Assembly: GCA_963717525.1 (NCBI GenBank)
Contig: OY970343.1
Location: 768,001 to 832,000 of the forward strand
Length of the DNA: 64,000 nt
Source of the DNA: an uncultured Methanoregulaceae archaeon
GTDB lineage: Archaea; Halobacteriota; Methanomicrobia; Methanomicrobiales; Methanospirillaceae
Direction of reading: 5' to 3'
Part shown: piece after piece, positions 30,606 to 40,179 of the stretch
Numbering within the stretch: the stretch's first letter is position 1
How the letters are laid out: each line of letters begins with the position of its first letter
The notes under the pieces: generated by a model
Database searches by the model: none
Told to the model about the DNA's origin: nothing
Seen by the model: only the letters and a program-made list of their open reading frames with translations
Made by a program: the position numbers and the translations under genes

Positions 30606-31106
30606 ATGTGGTCTGACATTATCCACGAATTTGCCGACTCGCCCTCTCAGGGCCGCGTGGTCCGGTTCCTCCTCGAAAACGGATTTGGCGTCAATGACGA
30701 GGGGCGGATCTGCTGCAACGGCATCGAGATCCCGGCCACCTCCGTTGCAAAAGCGATCGGTTCGGACCGCCGCGTCGTTGATTCCACCGCAAGGCGTATC
30801 CTTGAACGGCCGTTCCTGCGCGAGATCTTCCTCAACATGCGGGCGACCCCGGACCTGAGCCGGGTTGCAGAATCCCTGGGCCTCTCGGTTATTGTCGTCA
30901 TGCCGAAGGATGCAAGCGAGCGCGGGATTGTCAGTGCTGCGGTCCGGGTGCTTGCAAAACATTCGCTTTCGATCCGGCAGATCTTTGTCACCGATCCCCA
31001 GTTCTCCGAGGATCCGAAGCTGGTGATAATCGTTGAAGACCCGCTGCCCGCCGGCGTGGTAAACGAGATACGTGCCCTCCCGCAGGTACGGCAGGTCATT
31101 ATATAA
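30606..31106 (+). CDS. ACT-domain regulator of amino acid metabolism
   Basis: N-terminal HTH-like (IAK..DRRVVD-type) region, C-terminal ACT (GIVSAAVRVL..SIRQI). Confidence 0.82.
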   Translation: MWSDIIHEFADSPSQGRVVRFLLENGFGVNDEGRICCNGIEIPATSVAKAIGSDRRVVDSTARRILERPFLREIFLNMRATPDLSRVAESLGLSVIVVMPKDASERGIVSAAVRVLAKHSLSIRQIFVTDPQFSEDPKLVIIVEDPLPAGVVNEIRALPQVRQVII

Positions 31107-31129
31107 TATCTCAAAATAGCGGGATGTGC

Positions 31130-31627
31130 TTACTGGGTAAGCAGTTCCACTTCGTTTGCTAACCTGTACATCCGTTTCCGGATCTTCTTTGGCAGGTGGA
31201 TGGCGGAGGCAATGCTTTCCTCGATCGTGACACGGGTTGAACCAGCGATCAGGTTGTCCGCGTGAGTGACGATCTTCTCCTCGATGGTCTGCAGCATGCA
31301 GTCGCGGGGAGCAAGCCCCAGAAGCGTGCATTCATCTGCGGTCAGGCCGGCGCCGGTGTGGCACTCCACGATCCGGGCCAGCCGCTCGGGAAAGCCCTTC
31401 CCGCGCAGGAGGTCAGCCCCCCGTTGTGCATGGCCGATCGAGTGCGTGCTCCCGCGGCCGATGTCATGGAGCAGTGCGCCGGCCGTAACCAGATCCTTAT
31501 CGGCAAGCGCAGATCGCCGGGCATACTCGCTGGCACAGGTACAGACGGCCCTGCAGTGGGTAATCACCTTCGGTTTGCACCCGGCTTCCCTGAGAAGTGC
31601 TGTCCAGCGGTCCGGGGTATCAGGCAT
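31130..31627 (-). CDS. HD-domain (HDIG) metal-dependent phosphohydrolase
   Basis: HCRAV, LLHDIG, H..G, CHTGAG, EEKIVTHADNL. Confidence 0.9.
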   Translation of the reverse strand: MPDTPDRWTALLREAGCKPKVITHCRAVCTCASEYARRSALADKDLVTAGALLHDIGRGSTHSIGHAQRGADLLRGKGFPERLARIVECHTGAGLTADECTLLGLAPRDCMLQTIEEKIVTHADNLIAGSTRVTIEESIASAIHLPKKIRKRMYRLANEVELLTQ

Positions 31628-32141
31628 GGCCCAGGGCTTTTTTCATGTTCTCGATACGCTCCCGGAGCGCTTTTACGAGCATCTCATTTTCGAAATGGGA
31701 GAGCGGCTGGTTGCAGTTCGGGCATGTGAAATCATCTCCCATGGCCCGGGTAAAGGTATAGATATCGTGGCATTCCTTGCAGATGTAAAAATCGTTCTCT
31801 TCCTCGAACTGCGCCCGGTGTTCGAGTTTGCCAAGGACCAGTTCCATGTCATCGCGGATGGCATCGTGGATATGATCGATCCGGAGCTGCCAGAGGTAGG
31901 TCAGCCAGCCGGTCTCGTTATTCTTGATCCTGTGGTATTCGGCAAGCCGTTTTTCGTACAGGGTATAGAGCGTGTGACGCACGGAGTTTAAGTTGATCCC
32001 GGTGCTTGCGGCCAGGTCCTCGTCGCTGTGCTCGCCCTCCTTGGGGAATTTTTCTAGGAGGTTGAGTCCTTCATCACCGATCAGCCGGTGAATATATGCT
32101 CGCATTGCCGTATTATTAAGCACTTCTTCTACAGGATCCAT
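31620..32141 (-). CDS. tfe: Archaeal transcription factor E
   Basis: wHTH (DEDLA..NSVRHTLYTLY, GWLTYLW) plus Zn ribbon C..C / FTCPNC. Confidence 0.93.
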   Translation of the reverse strand: MDPVEEVLNNTAMRAYIHRLIGDEGLNLLEKFPKEGEHSDEDLAASTGINLNSVRHTLYTLYEKRLAEYHRIKNNETGWLTYLWQLRIDHIHDAIRDDMELVLGKLEHRAQFEEENDFYICKECHDIYTFTRAMGDDFTCPNCNQPLSHFENEMLVKALRERIENMKKALGHA

Positions 32142-33214
32142 CAGCGCATATATTGTCGGACAGTGCTAATATTCTTATCCAGCGCATCCAGTGCGGCACT
32201 GCGGGTCTGTCCGGTCCCGGATACGCTGGTGATTGCCTGGTCTTCCTCAAAAAACGTTCCCGGCCATGGGATATCGGAGACCACAGGAGCAAGTGCTTTT
32301 AAGTCCGCATCAAGGGTCAGGTCCCGGTCGGCAAAGAGAATCCGTCGTGCGGCATACTGCTGCACCCGCTGTGCTTCGGGAAGCGTCCCTGCGCAGGCAG
32401 TGACATGGAACCGGAACAGGTTACATGCGTATGCCGTCTCGACCGTGTCAAGGGTGCCCTGGAAACGGGGGTTCACTTCGATGACCCGGGGCGTGTCGCG
32501 GCCGATCACAAAGTCGATGCCAAGGGTCCCCGTGCAGCCGCTTGCCGCGGCGATCTTCTCGGCAAGAGCAACCATCACTCCCCCTGAGGGATGGTCAAAC
32601 GGGGTCACCGACCCGGAGAACCCGAACGCGGATTCGCCATTGCCCCGGAGGAGCTGCTCGTTTACCGCGATCGCCCGGGCCGCGGTACCGTTTGCAATAC
32701 AGCATACGCTGGCCGGGGTCCCTTTTGCCACTTCCTGCCGGATGTAGGGAACGCCCGGGTACAGGGCGGCCCATCCTTTTTCTGCAGCCGCATCGGGGAG
32801 CACCGCGTTGCGCCACCCTCCGGCACCCCGGCGCGGCTTTGCCATTACCGGGTATTCATTGTCGGCAGCAATAGGGGGGACCGGGACGCCAAGACCTTCA
32901 AAAAAACGCTGCATCTCCAGTTTATCAAGGAACTGCTCCACGCTTTCGCGGGGCGTTCCGCAGAGCGGTACCGGGAAGGAGAGGCTCTCGGCTCCTGAGG
33001 TTGCGATTGCAAAATCAAAGGAGTACCGCTTGCCCATCTGTGCTATGGCATCGGGGAGATCGGCAAGATCCTCAAACCGGATCCGGTCCCGGGTATACCA
33101 CGTAAGGTCCTGGTCACAGAAATGGTCGACCGCACATACCTCGTAACCGGCAAGCGCAGCGGACTGAGCCACGTGGCGCGTGGTAAACCCGGCGACGAGG
33201 ACCCGGCCTTTCAC
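32141..33214 (-). CDS. ATP-grasp domain protein (methanogen C1/cofactor associated)
   Basis: [29 protein letters not shown]. Confidence 0.85.
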   Translation of the reverse strand: MKGRVLVAGFTTRHVAQSAALAGYEVCAVDHFCDQDLTWYTRDRIRFEDLADLPDAIAQMGKRYSFDFAIATSGAESLSFPVPLCGTPRESVEQFLDKLEMQRFFEGLGVPVPPIAADNEYPVMAKPRRGAGGWRNAVLPDAAAEKGWAALYPGVPYIRQEVAKGTPASVCCIANGTAARAIAVNEQLLRGNGESAFGFSGSVTPFDHPSGGVMVALAEKIAAASGCTGTLGIDFVIGRDTPRVIEVNPRFQGTLDTVETAYACNLFRFHVTACAGTLPEAQRVQQYAARRILFADRDLTLDADLKALAPVVSDIPWPGTFFEEDQAITSVSGTGQTRSAALDALDKNISTVRQYMR

Positions 33215-33741
33215 AACTCCTCCGTCTGTTTCCCGGCCCGTGACGGCACGATACGGATCTTCGCGCCGGGAAACTCCCGGTTGAACTCCGTTCCCTCATA
33301 GAGGCGGTCCAGGAACAGTGCAAGACTTGCGATCTCCGAGTGGGGCTGGCCCGTCACAGCGACATTGTAGTCGGCAAGGCCGTACATCTCCCCGGGCACC
33401 TTCTCGGCCCCGACCACCACGAGGAGTTTTTCGCACGGCCGGATCTCGCCGATGATGTCGGGCAGGTTGATCCCGTACATCGTGAGGTGGACGACCTTTC
33501 CCCCGGCAGCCTTCCAGTCCTTAATGCAGGTACGCCACCGGACATCGTTCTCACAAAAAAAACTCCCCCCCCACCGGTCGGCAACGTCAAGGACACTCTG
33601 CACGACCCCCTTGTCGCTTGCGGCAAGATACATGCCGGCAGCGCCGAGTGCCCGGCCGGTCAGGGCCACATGGGTGGTCACCCGCTGGTCGCGCTCGGGC
33701 CGGTGGCCAATACGGAGTATGGCAACTTCCTTTCCCGTCAT
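33211..33741 (-). CDS. trm56: tRNA (cytidine(56)-2'-O)-methyltransferase
   Basis: [36 protein letters not shown]. Confidence 0.95.
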   Translation of the reverse strand: MTGKEVAILRIGHRPERDQRVTTHVALTGRALGAAGMYLAASDKGVVQSVLDVADRWGGSFFCENDVRWRTCIKDWKAAGGKVVHLTMYGINLPDIIGEIRPCEKLLVVVGAEKVPGEMYGLADYNVAVTGQPHSEIASLALFLDRLYEGTEFNREFPGAKIRIVPSRAGKQTEEL

Positions 33742-33745
33742 GGTT

Positions 33746-34018
33746 CTACGTCTTCCTTGCCTTTATCATGCCATTTTCTATTACGTAGGGGAGCGTGGTA
33801 TCGTATTTTGCCTGGCATTTCACGAGTGCCTCCCCTACGGAGAGAACCCGCACCGTGCCGTCGGCCCGTTCAATGAGGAAGGAACGGTCGAGCCGGTCCA
33901 GCGAGGCGGCGACGGCTGCCCCATCCAGCCCGCTTTTGTCCGCTACGCCATCCGCAGTGATCCCCGGCTCCTGCGCGATGAGGTGGTAGATCAGCCAGTC
34001 GGCGTCCTCGTCTTTCAC
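33746..34018 (-). CDS. Small winged-helix (MarR-like) protein
   Basis: wHTH pattern; coupled to trm56. Confidence 0.75.
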   Translation of the reverse strand: MKDEDADWLIYHLIAQEPGITADGVADKSGLDGAAVAASLDRLDRSFLIERADGTVRVLSVGEALVKCQAKYDTTLPYVIENGMIKARKT

Positions 34019-34114
34019 CTGTACTCATTCCCGCCCGGCTCCATTATAGTTTTTTGCCATCTGGCCTTTTATCCGCACGGCACCCTTTTTGCCCACCGGG
34101 GCAAACCATATCCC

Positions 34115-34525
34115 ATGGATAGTGAAGATGCCGCCCCCTCCTTTCCCGAACTGGTAAGGATCGCAGACTGCCTGCTTGAGGAGAGCGGCGAGGATGAGGA
34201 TGCATTCGTGCGCCGGCTGGAAACCCTGCCCGGGCCGGTACGACGCGAACTGCTGGTCTCGGATCTCCTGAACGCATGGCAGGTCTTTTATTATTTTTTC
34301 CACACGGTACCGGACGAGCTGGTGCGGGAACGGCTCGAACTCGAACCTGCGTCATCGCTTGTTGAGGGTGTGGAGATCGACGAGATCGAGATGCTGGTAC
34401 GGGTGTTCCGGGTCAGGGATGGCATACCGGAGATTGTGGTGACCGACGGGAAAGATCCCCTGAAAACATTCTCGGGCGCGAGTGCGGTTGCCGACAGTCT
34501 TTCCTATATTGAGGCGACGCTATAG
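34115..34525 (+). CDS. Hypothetical protein
   Basis: Acidic protein-like 3' part of ORF 33452..34525 starting MDSEDAAP. Confidence 0.7.
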   Translation: MDSEDAAPSFPELVRIADCLLEESGEDEDAFVRRLETLPGPVRRELLVSDLLNAWQVFYYFFHTVPDELVRERLELEPASSLVEGVEIDEIEMLVRVFRVRDGIPEIVVTDGKDPLKTFSGASAVADSLSYIEATL

Positions 34526-35233
34526 CCGGTCCCCGGCAGCGATCAGCTGTTCGTCAACCCTGGCGGGAATGACCGGGGGTACGTGTCCCCACTGCACGAC
34601 CGTCTCTCCCATAATGGCATAGACTCCCTGCACCCTGCCCGGGTCAATATGGTCAAGAATCCGACGGTCATCCGGGAGCAGCTCGTTGCAAATTGCGGTT
34701 GCCCATGCATCGGCATCGAGGGGGTCGCGTGCGAAGATCGTGACCGCATCCGCGACCCCGAACGAGATGGACGGGCCGACGGTCGCCGATGAGGTACAGA
34801 TACCAAACGGCTCCCTGTGCGGCGGGACGACAAAAGCGATCCGGTCCGAGAGCGGGGCGGATCCTGCATGAACGCCCACCCGTACGTCACGGTCACTGAT
34901 GAGCGCGATATCACCGCCGTTATCGATCACGCCAAATGTGGCCCCGGCCCCGATCATGGCATCGATGCCTGCGGCTGCGATGGCTCCCGCCACGGTTGCC
35001 ATGGGCCCGACGCCGGCATGTGCGGCCGCGTCTGCCATATGCCGTATCAGGGATTCATCCGCATCCGGCTCGTAGGGAAAAAACGTGCTTGCAAAAAAAG
35101 GGTCGCGGGCGATGTAGGCCTCGAGGACCTGCCGGGCGGCGATCATGCCCTCCTTTGCCGCGGCCGCGTGGGCAGGTGTTTCAGCGAGGATCGCGGCGAA
35201 GGTTTCCCGGTACCGGAACGTCTCGCGGATCAT
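34520..35233 (-). CDS. UPF0280/ApbE-like protein (COG2122, sulfur assimilation)
   Basis: VGPMATVAG, DNGGDI, GICTSSATVGPSISFG.AD. Confidence 0.9.
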   Translation of the reverse strand: MIRETFRYRETFAAILAETPAHAAAAKEGMIAARQVLEAYIARDPFFASTFFPYEPDADESLIRHMADAAAHAGVGPMATVAGAIAAAGIDAMIGAGATFGVIDNGGDIALISDRDVRVGVHAGSAPLSDRIAFVVPPHREPFGICTSSATVGPSISFGVADAVTIFARDPLDADAWATAICNELLPDDRRILDHIDPGRVQGVYAIMGETVVQWGHVPPVIPARVDEQLIAAGDRL

Positions 35234-35616
35234 AGGGGGAGCGTAAGCGCCTGGTGCGGGCAGGCGGGGACGCACTTACCGCAGAGAATGCACCGGTCTT
35301 CTGCGAGGGTAAGTTTCCAGTCTGCATCAAACGAGAAGACCTCCCGGGGGCAGATCGAGATACAGGCGCCGCAGTCCACGCACTCGCTCGTATCGAGGTT
35401 GATCCCGTGTTCGAGCAGCCTCACGGTCGCCCCGTGCCGGGTCATGCTGTTACGGACGAGCTGGCACTGGTCGTCAGGCACCTCGATGAGTGCCTCGCCC
35501 TCGGATGAGTCGATCAAGGCCCGTTCCACACTGATGAGGACGCCGGTGTCTTTTACCACCTGTGCGATGATCGGGGCATTTTCCCTTCCCTTGGAGAAGG
35601 TTACGAGCAGTTTCAT
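35230..35616 (-). CDS. NIL-domain ferredoxin
   Basis: NIL domain plus CVDCGACISICP and CILCGKCVPACP. Confidence 0.9.
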   Translation of the reverse strand: MKLLVTFSKGRENAPIIAQVVKDTGVLISVERALIDSSEGEALIEVPDDQCQLVRNSMTRHGATVRLLEHGINLDTSECVDCGACISICPREVFSFDADWKLTLAEDRCILCGKCVPACPHQALTLPL

Positions 35617-37121
35617 TTCAGCCACCTCCCCCCGAAGAGCTTCCCGAGGTTTATGGCGGTGAGCATGCCGATCACGTGGCGATCCTGGTCGAGGACCGGC
35701 AGTGCACTGATGTTGTTCTGTTCGAGTTTCCGGACCGCGATATCAACCGCTTCTTCGGTGGTTGTGGTCACGACCTTCTTTTTCATGATATCGCCGACGG
35801 TGCTTGCCTTGCCCGGGTTAGCGACTGCCTTTGAGACATCAAAGGTGGTCACGATCCCCACCAGCCTCCCGTCGCTTCCTAATACCGGCAGGTGGTTGGT
35901 CTCCCCCTTGAGGAGTTTTTGCGCGGCAGTCCGGATCTCCTCATTCTCTCCCACGCTCACGATGTGCCGGTCCATGATGTCCATTACACGGGGGCCTTTT
36001 GTGCTCTCGTGCATCGGGTGCACCTTCTTTGCCGCGTCGATGGGCCGGGTGGGGAGCGCGAGCTGCATCCTGCCTTTCTCGATCCAGGCTTTGAGTTCCC
36101 CGGCGACCTGGCGTGCCCTGTGGAAGCTCGAGAGGGACGATGTCCGCACCACCTCCCCGTTGATCTCCACCGCGCCGGACCTGAGTTCGGCATAGGTCAC
36201 GCTCCGGACCGGGGGACGGGCCCGGCTGGGAACGCCGTAATCGAGAAGGTCGACCGATATATCCTCGTCCCGTACCGCGGTCGCCCGGACAACGTCAAGG
36301 TCGAGGACCGGCAGCGGTACCCCGAGCCCGACGTACAGGGTGACGCCGTACCCGGTCATGGTTGCGGCGCGGAGGTAATCAGGGGACATCTCTTTGAGGT
36401 TGCCGGTCACCATCAGCGTGCCAAAGCCGCCGGCCGGCGAGTGCTGGGTCCCCTCACCAACCACCATTCCCTGTGCGCCGCACAGGAAGATCGGGACGCC
36501 GCCTCCGATGAGCCGGAGTTTGGGATCATTCGAGATGGGGTTGAGTACTCCCGCGCCCGAGAAGGTGATGTTGCCGGTATGGGGAAGGAGCGTTCCCATG
36601 TAGGTATGCAGGAGACGGTCGGTGGTATTGGTCGCTGCATTGTACCGCTGGTAGGCATTCCGCGGGTTGCACATGATCGCCTGGTTGAGGTTTTCGAGGA
36701 GCAGTTCGGTCGAAATTGACCTGCGCGGGTAGCAGTCGGTACCCCGGGAGGACGCCCGCAGCTCCACCGATTTTCCCGAGACGAGGTCTTCGATGACGTG
36801 GGCGCCGCCATACCTCTCGTCCAGCGTATCAGACTGCTGGGTTGCCCCGATATAGGTGTCAACGGCGGCAAGACCCCCGTATGCCTCGACGTCGTTTAAC
36901 CAGATCCGCTCCATCCGGATCGGGGGTTCCGAATGCCCGAAATTCAGGAACGCTCCCGATGAACACATCGCCCCGAACGTCCCGGTGGTGACGACGTCTA
37001 CTTCCTTCAGTGCGCCCTCCTCGCCCAGCTCGTCAACGATGCGGGGCATCTCCTCCGCGGTGACAACACGGGCACTGCCGTCACGGATGCGCTCGTTGAT
37101 CTGCCCGATGGACTTGTGCAT
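35613..37121 (-). CDS. Homocysteine biosynthesis protein (DUF39 + CBS pair)
   Basis: VDVVTTGTFGAMCSSG, GTDCYPR, NPRNAYQ.Y, two CBS domains; clustered with NIL-ferredoxin. Confidence 0.9.
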   Translation of the reverse strand: MHKSIGQINERIRDGSARVVTAEEMPRIVDELGEEGALKEVDVVTTGTFGAMCSSGAFLNFGHSEPPIRMERIWLNDVEAYGGLAAVDTYIGATQQSDTLDERYGGAHVIEDLVSGKSVELRASSRGTDCYPRRSISTELLLENLNQAIMCNPRNAYQRYNAATNTTDRLLHTYMGTLLPHTGNITFSGAGVLNPISNDPKLRLIGGGVPIFLCGAQGMVVGEGTQHSPAGGFGTLMVTGNLKEMSPDYLRAATMTGYGVTLYVGLGVPLPVLDLDVVRATAVRDEDISVDLLDYGVPSRARPPVRSVTYAELRSGAVEINGEVVRTSSLSSFHRARQVAGELKAWIEKGRMQLALPTRPIDAAKKVHPMHESTKGPRVMDIMDRHIVSVGENEEIRTAAQKLLKGETNHLPVLGSDGRLVGIVTTFDVSKAVANPGKASTVGDIMKKKVVTTTTEEAVDIAVRKLEQNNISALPVLDQDRHVIGMLTAINLGKLFGGRWLK

Positions 37122-37213
37122 GGCTGAAAATATCGTTTTATGAATATTAAAACTCATTGCTATTACCTCAGGTAATATATGGTATATATTCCCGTCCAGC
37201 GTTATTCCTGTAT

Positions 37214-37921
37214 ATGCAGCTGCGTGCTTTTGCAGAGGAGATGGAAGCGCTCGCCCCGCCATCGCTTGCCGAAGAGTTCGATGCCGGCAGGATCGGGCTT
37301 GTTATCGAAGGGAGGCCGGAGATACAAAAGGTCTGTTGTGCGCTGGACTCAACGCCCGCGGTGGTCCGGAAAGCAGTAGCCTCCGGGGCCGATATGCTTG
37401 TTGTCCACCACACGCCCCTCTGGACGCCGCTGACCACACTTACCGGGCCCACTGCGACCCTTGCGCGCGAGATCCTCGCCGGGGGATTGAATGTGTACGT
37501 AATGCACACGAATTTCGACCACGCAGCCGGGGGCGTGAACGATGCGCTTGCCGATCTTCTCGGCCTTGCGGACTGCCGGCCCCTGTCCCTGGGCCTTGTT
37601 GGTACCTGCACGCTCACGCTCCCGGAAATTGCAGAGAGGCTGGACGGGAGCCTGCGGATCTGGGGAAAACTCCTGTCGCACCGGCAGCTGGGCGTGGTTG
37701 CCGGCAGCGGTTTTGATCTCCCGCTTATGGCAGAAGCGCAGGCGCTCGGGGCCGAAGCGTTCCTCTCGTCTGAAATGAAACTTTCAGTAGCACGGGCTGC
37801 CCCGCTTCCCTGCATCGAATCGACCCACTATGCGCTGGAATCGCCGGCCATGCGGCGTCTTGCTGCACAGAAAGGCTGGCAGTATATCGACGATCCCCCA
37901 CTCCTTGCTGTGTACCCATGA
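37214..37921 (+). CDS. Nif3-like dinuclear metal centre protein
   Basis: ALD, VVHHTP, MHTNFD..GVNDALA, THYALE. Confidence 0.9.
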   Translation: MQLRAFAEEMEALAPPSLAEEFDAGRIGLVIEGRPEIQKVCCALDSTPAVVRKAVASGADMLVVHHTPLWTPLTTLTGPTATLAREILAGGLNVYVMHTNFDHAAGGVNDALADLLGLADCRPLSLGLVGTCTLTLPEIAERLDGSLRIWGKLLSHRQLGVVAGSGFDLPLMAEAQALGAEAFLSSEMKLSVARAAPLPCIESTHYALESPAMRRLAAQKGWQYIDDPPLLAVYP

Positions 37922-38235
37922 GCGATCCATGGACGTTGCTTGGCGAGAGAAAGATCCTTGACGATGAGATCCGGGCTGCGCTTGTCGCCCAGTTTGGGAC
38001 TCGGGGGAAGAAGGCGCTGGACGCCATTGACCATCATCTTGTAAAAAAATACCTCGACTTTTTTGTGGTCACCGGTTCCTCCGGCGATTATGTTATCAGT
38101 GAAGGTGTCTGTACCTGCCCGGATTTTGCGTTCCGGCAGAAACCCTGCTGGCACCTTATCGCCGTCAGGATTGCCGAGGCAACCGGGATATTCGAGACCG
38201 TCGATACATGGTACCAGGAGACCTGGAAAGGGTAA
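37918..38235 (+). CDS. SWIM zinc finger protein
   Basis: CTCPDF...PCWH. Confidence 0.88.
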   Translation: MSDPWTLLGERKILDDEIRAALVAQFGTRGKKALDAIDHHLVKKYLDFFVVTGSSGDYVISEGVCTCPDFAFRQKPCWHLIAVRIAEATGIFETVDTWYQETWKG

Positions 38236-38363
38236 CGGGCCGAACGTTACCAGTTGGATCTGCCCGGTTTCAAAAACGGTACACCGATACGGGAAAGATC
38301 CAAAATTTCCCGGGAACCGGCCTGCCCGAATGTCACCCGTGCGTGGTATGCCGGGACGCTGTC

Positions 38364-39571
38364 TCACCACAGGATGACATCTACGGTGCTTCCCTTTTCG
38401 AGCCCTTCGCATCCGGCCGGGATACAGACAAGCCCGTCGCTCCGGACAAGGGTATTGAGCAGGCCTGACTTGCCAAAGATCGGGTAAGCGATCCCTTCCT
38501 CCAGCCTGACCCGGACATACTCCTCGCGGCCCTTCTGGGAGGGGATGCTGTCGCCAAGGGTGGCTTTTGTGGTCTGCAGGTGCGGCTTTTTCTCGCCAAG
38601 CATCCGGGAAAGAAGCGGCCGGACAATCACCAGGAGCACGACATATGCCGAGGCCGGGTGGCCGGGCAGACCGATGACCGGTTTATTATCGATCGTACCG
38701 ATAATGGTCGGCTTGCCGGGAGCAATGGTGATCCCGTGGACCAGCACCGTGCCCCTGCCGGCAATAACGCTGCCGGTCATATCACGGTCATCCTTGGAAC
38801 TTCCCCCGGAGAGGAGAACCACATCACATTCCGGGAGGGCCTGTGATAACGCAATCCCGAACGACTCCTGTTCGTCCCGCACAATCCCGTAGAGCCGGGG
38901 GGTGCACCCGTACTCGCGGAGGTATGCCGCAAGCATGGCAGCGTTGGCATCCCGGACCTGCCCCGGCCCGGGCGTGGCCGTCACCGGCACGAGCTCGTTA
39001 CCGGTCGAAATGATCCCGATCACTGGCTGTTTTGCAACAATAACCGAGGTCCTGCCACAGGCAGCAAGCACGCCGGCATCCTGAGGGGAGAGCCTGCGCC
39101 CGGACGGGAGGACAACTGCACCGCGCCGGTAATCTTCGTCATGCAGGAGCACATTCTCACCGTATGCCACGGGGCGTTTCACGAGCACCGTGTCGCCGGC
39201 CGCGTCTGTATGCTCCACCATGACGACTGCATTGGCACCTTTTGGGAGGACACCCCCGGTCGGGATATACACGCATGTGCCATGCATGACCGAAAGGCCG
39301 CGCTCCCCTTCGCCCATGGATACCCGTCCGGTACACTGGAGAAGTGCAGGAGCCGAGTCGCCGGCCCTGAGGTGTCTTCTGCCCTGACGGCAAAACCGTC
39401 AACGACGGACCGGTCGAAACCGGGAATATCCTCCCCCGCGATCACATCTGCACAGAGTACGCGTCCCGGTGCACTATCTGCCGGGATCTCTTCTGGTACC
39501 GGTGCCGGGGCAATATGGACAGCAGTGGCAATTGCCTCAGGGACGTCAACAATATGCATGAACCTGCTCAT
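38364..39571 (-). CDS. moeA: Molybdopterin molybdotransferase MoeA (frameshift near 39340)
   Basis: PGFDRSVVDGFAV, TGG.LP.GA.AV, STGNEL, SGGSS, PGKP, GLPGHP. Confidence 0.92.
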
Positions 39572-40179
39572 ACCAGAAGCACGCCCGTGACACCTGTATC
39601 CTGGTGCAGTTTATCGTCCTGTCCCTGATTGGCCGGCAAAAAATGGAGGGTCCTTTTTTGCAGGGCCACCACGGGAGATCCCGGCATCTCCCGGGTGCCC
39701 GTCCCCGGCACTGCCAACCCGCTCCTCTCATAACGCATGATCAGCTGTTTTGGTTTACTTGTTTATTCTTTTTACTTCTTTTGTATGATTTTTCATAGCA
39801 GGCCCGGTGCGTGTGAAAAAGGCACATAAAAAAGTCGCCCGGCTATAACGTGAAATAATCGCAGGGATGAGTAGCGACAAAAGATAAACGATTGTGTTGA
39901 GTTTTTCCGGGGCCGGCTCAACATTAGACAGTTCCTCTTTTTAGAAAACTACGGCGCACCAGGGATCTTTGCCAGGACAATTTGTCATCGCAAACCCTTT
40001 TTTCCTTCGCGGGCAAATAAAAGATGAATGAACGGAACACCAGTACTCCGGAGGGATCGTCTCGCCCCGTCAGCCTTTTTGGGAATTGTCCCGGGACAGG
40101 ATCTCTTTGTGCCCTCCCGCGGAACTGGCCAACGACGTTACAGGATATTCCTGAATACTCTCCCATGGAGGTGCGTTTG

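Noticed and set aside
39790..39930. 43-codon minus-strand ORF and TGTTGAG/CTCAACA hairpin between moeA and alaS
   Set aside because: No protein-like signal and only a single short stem; insufficient support.
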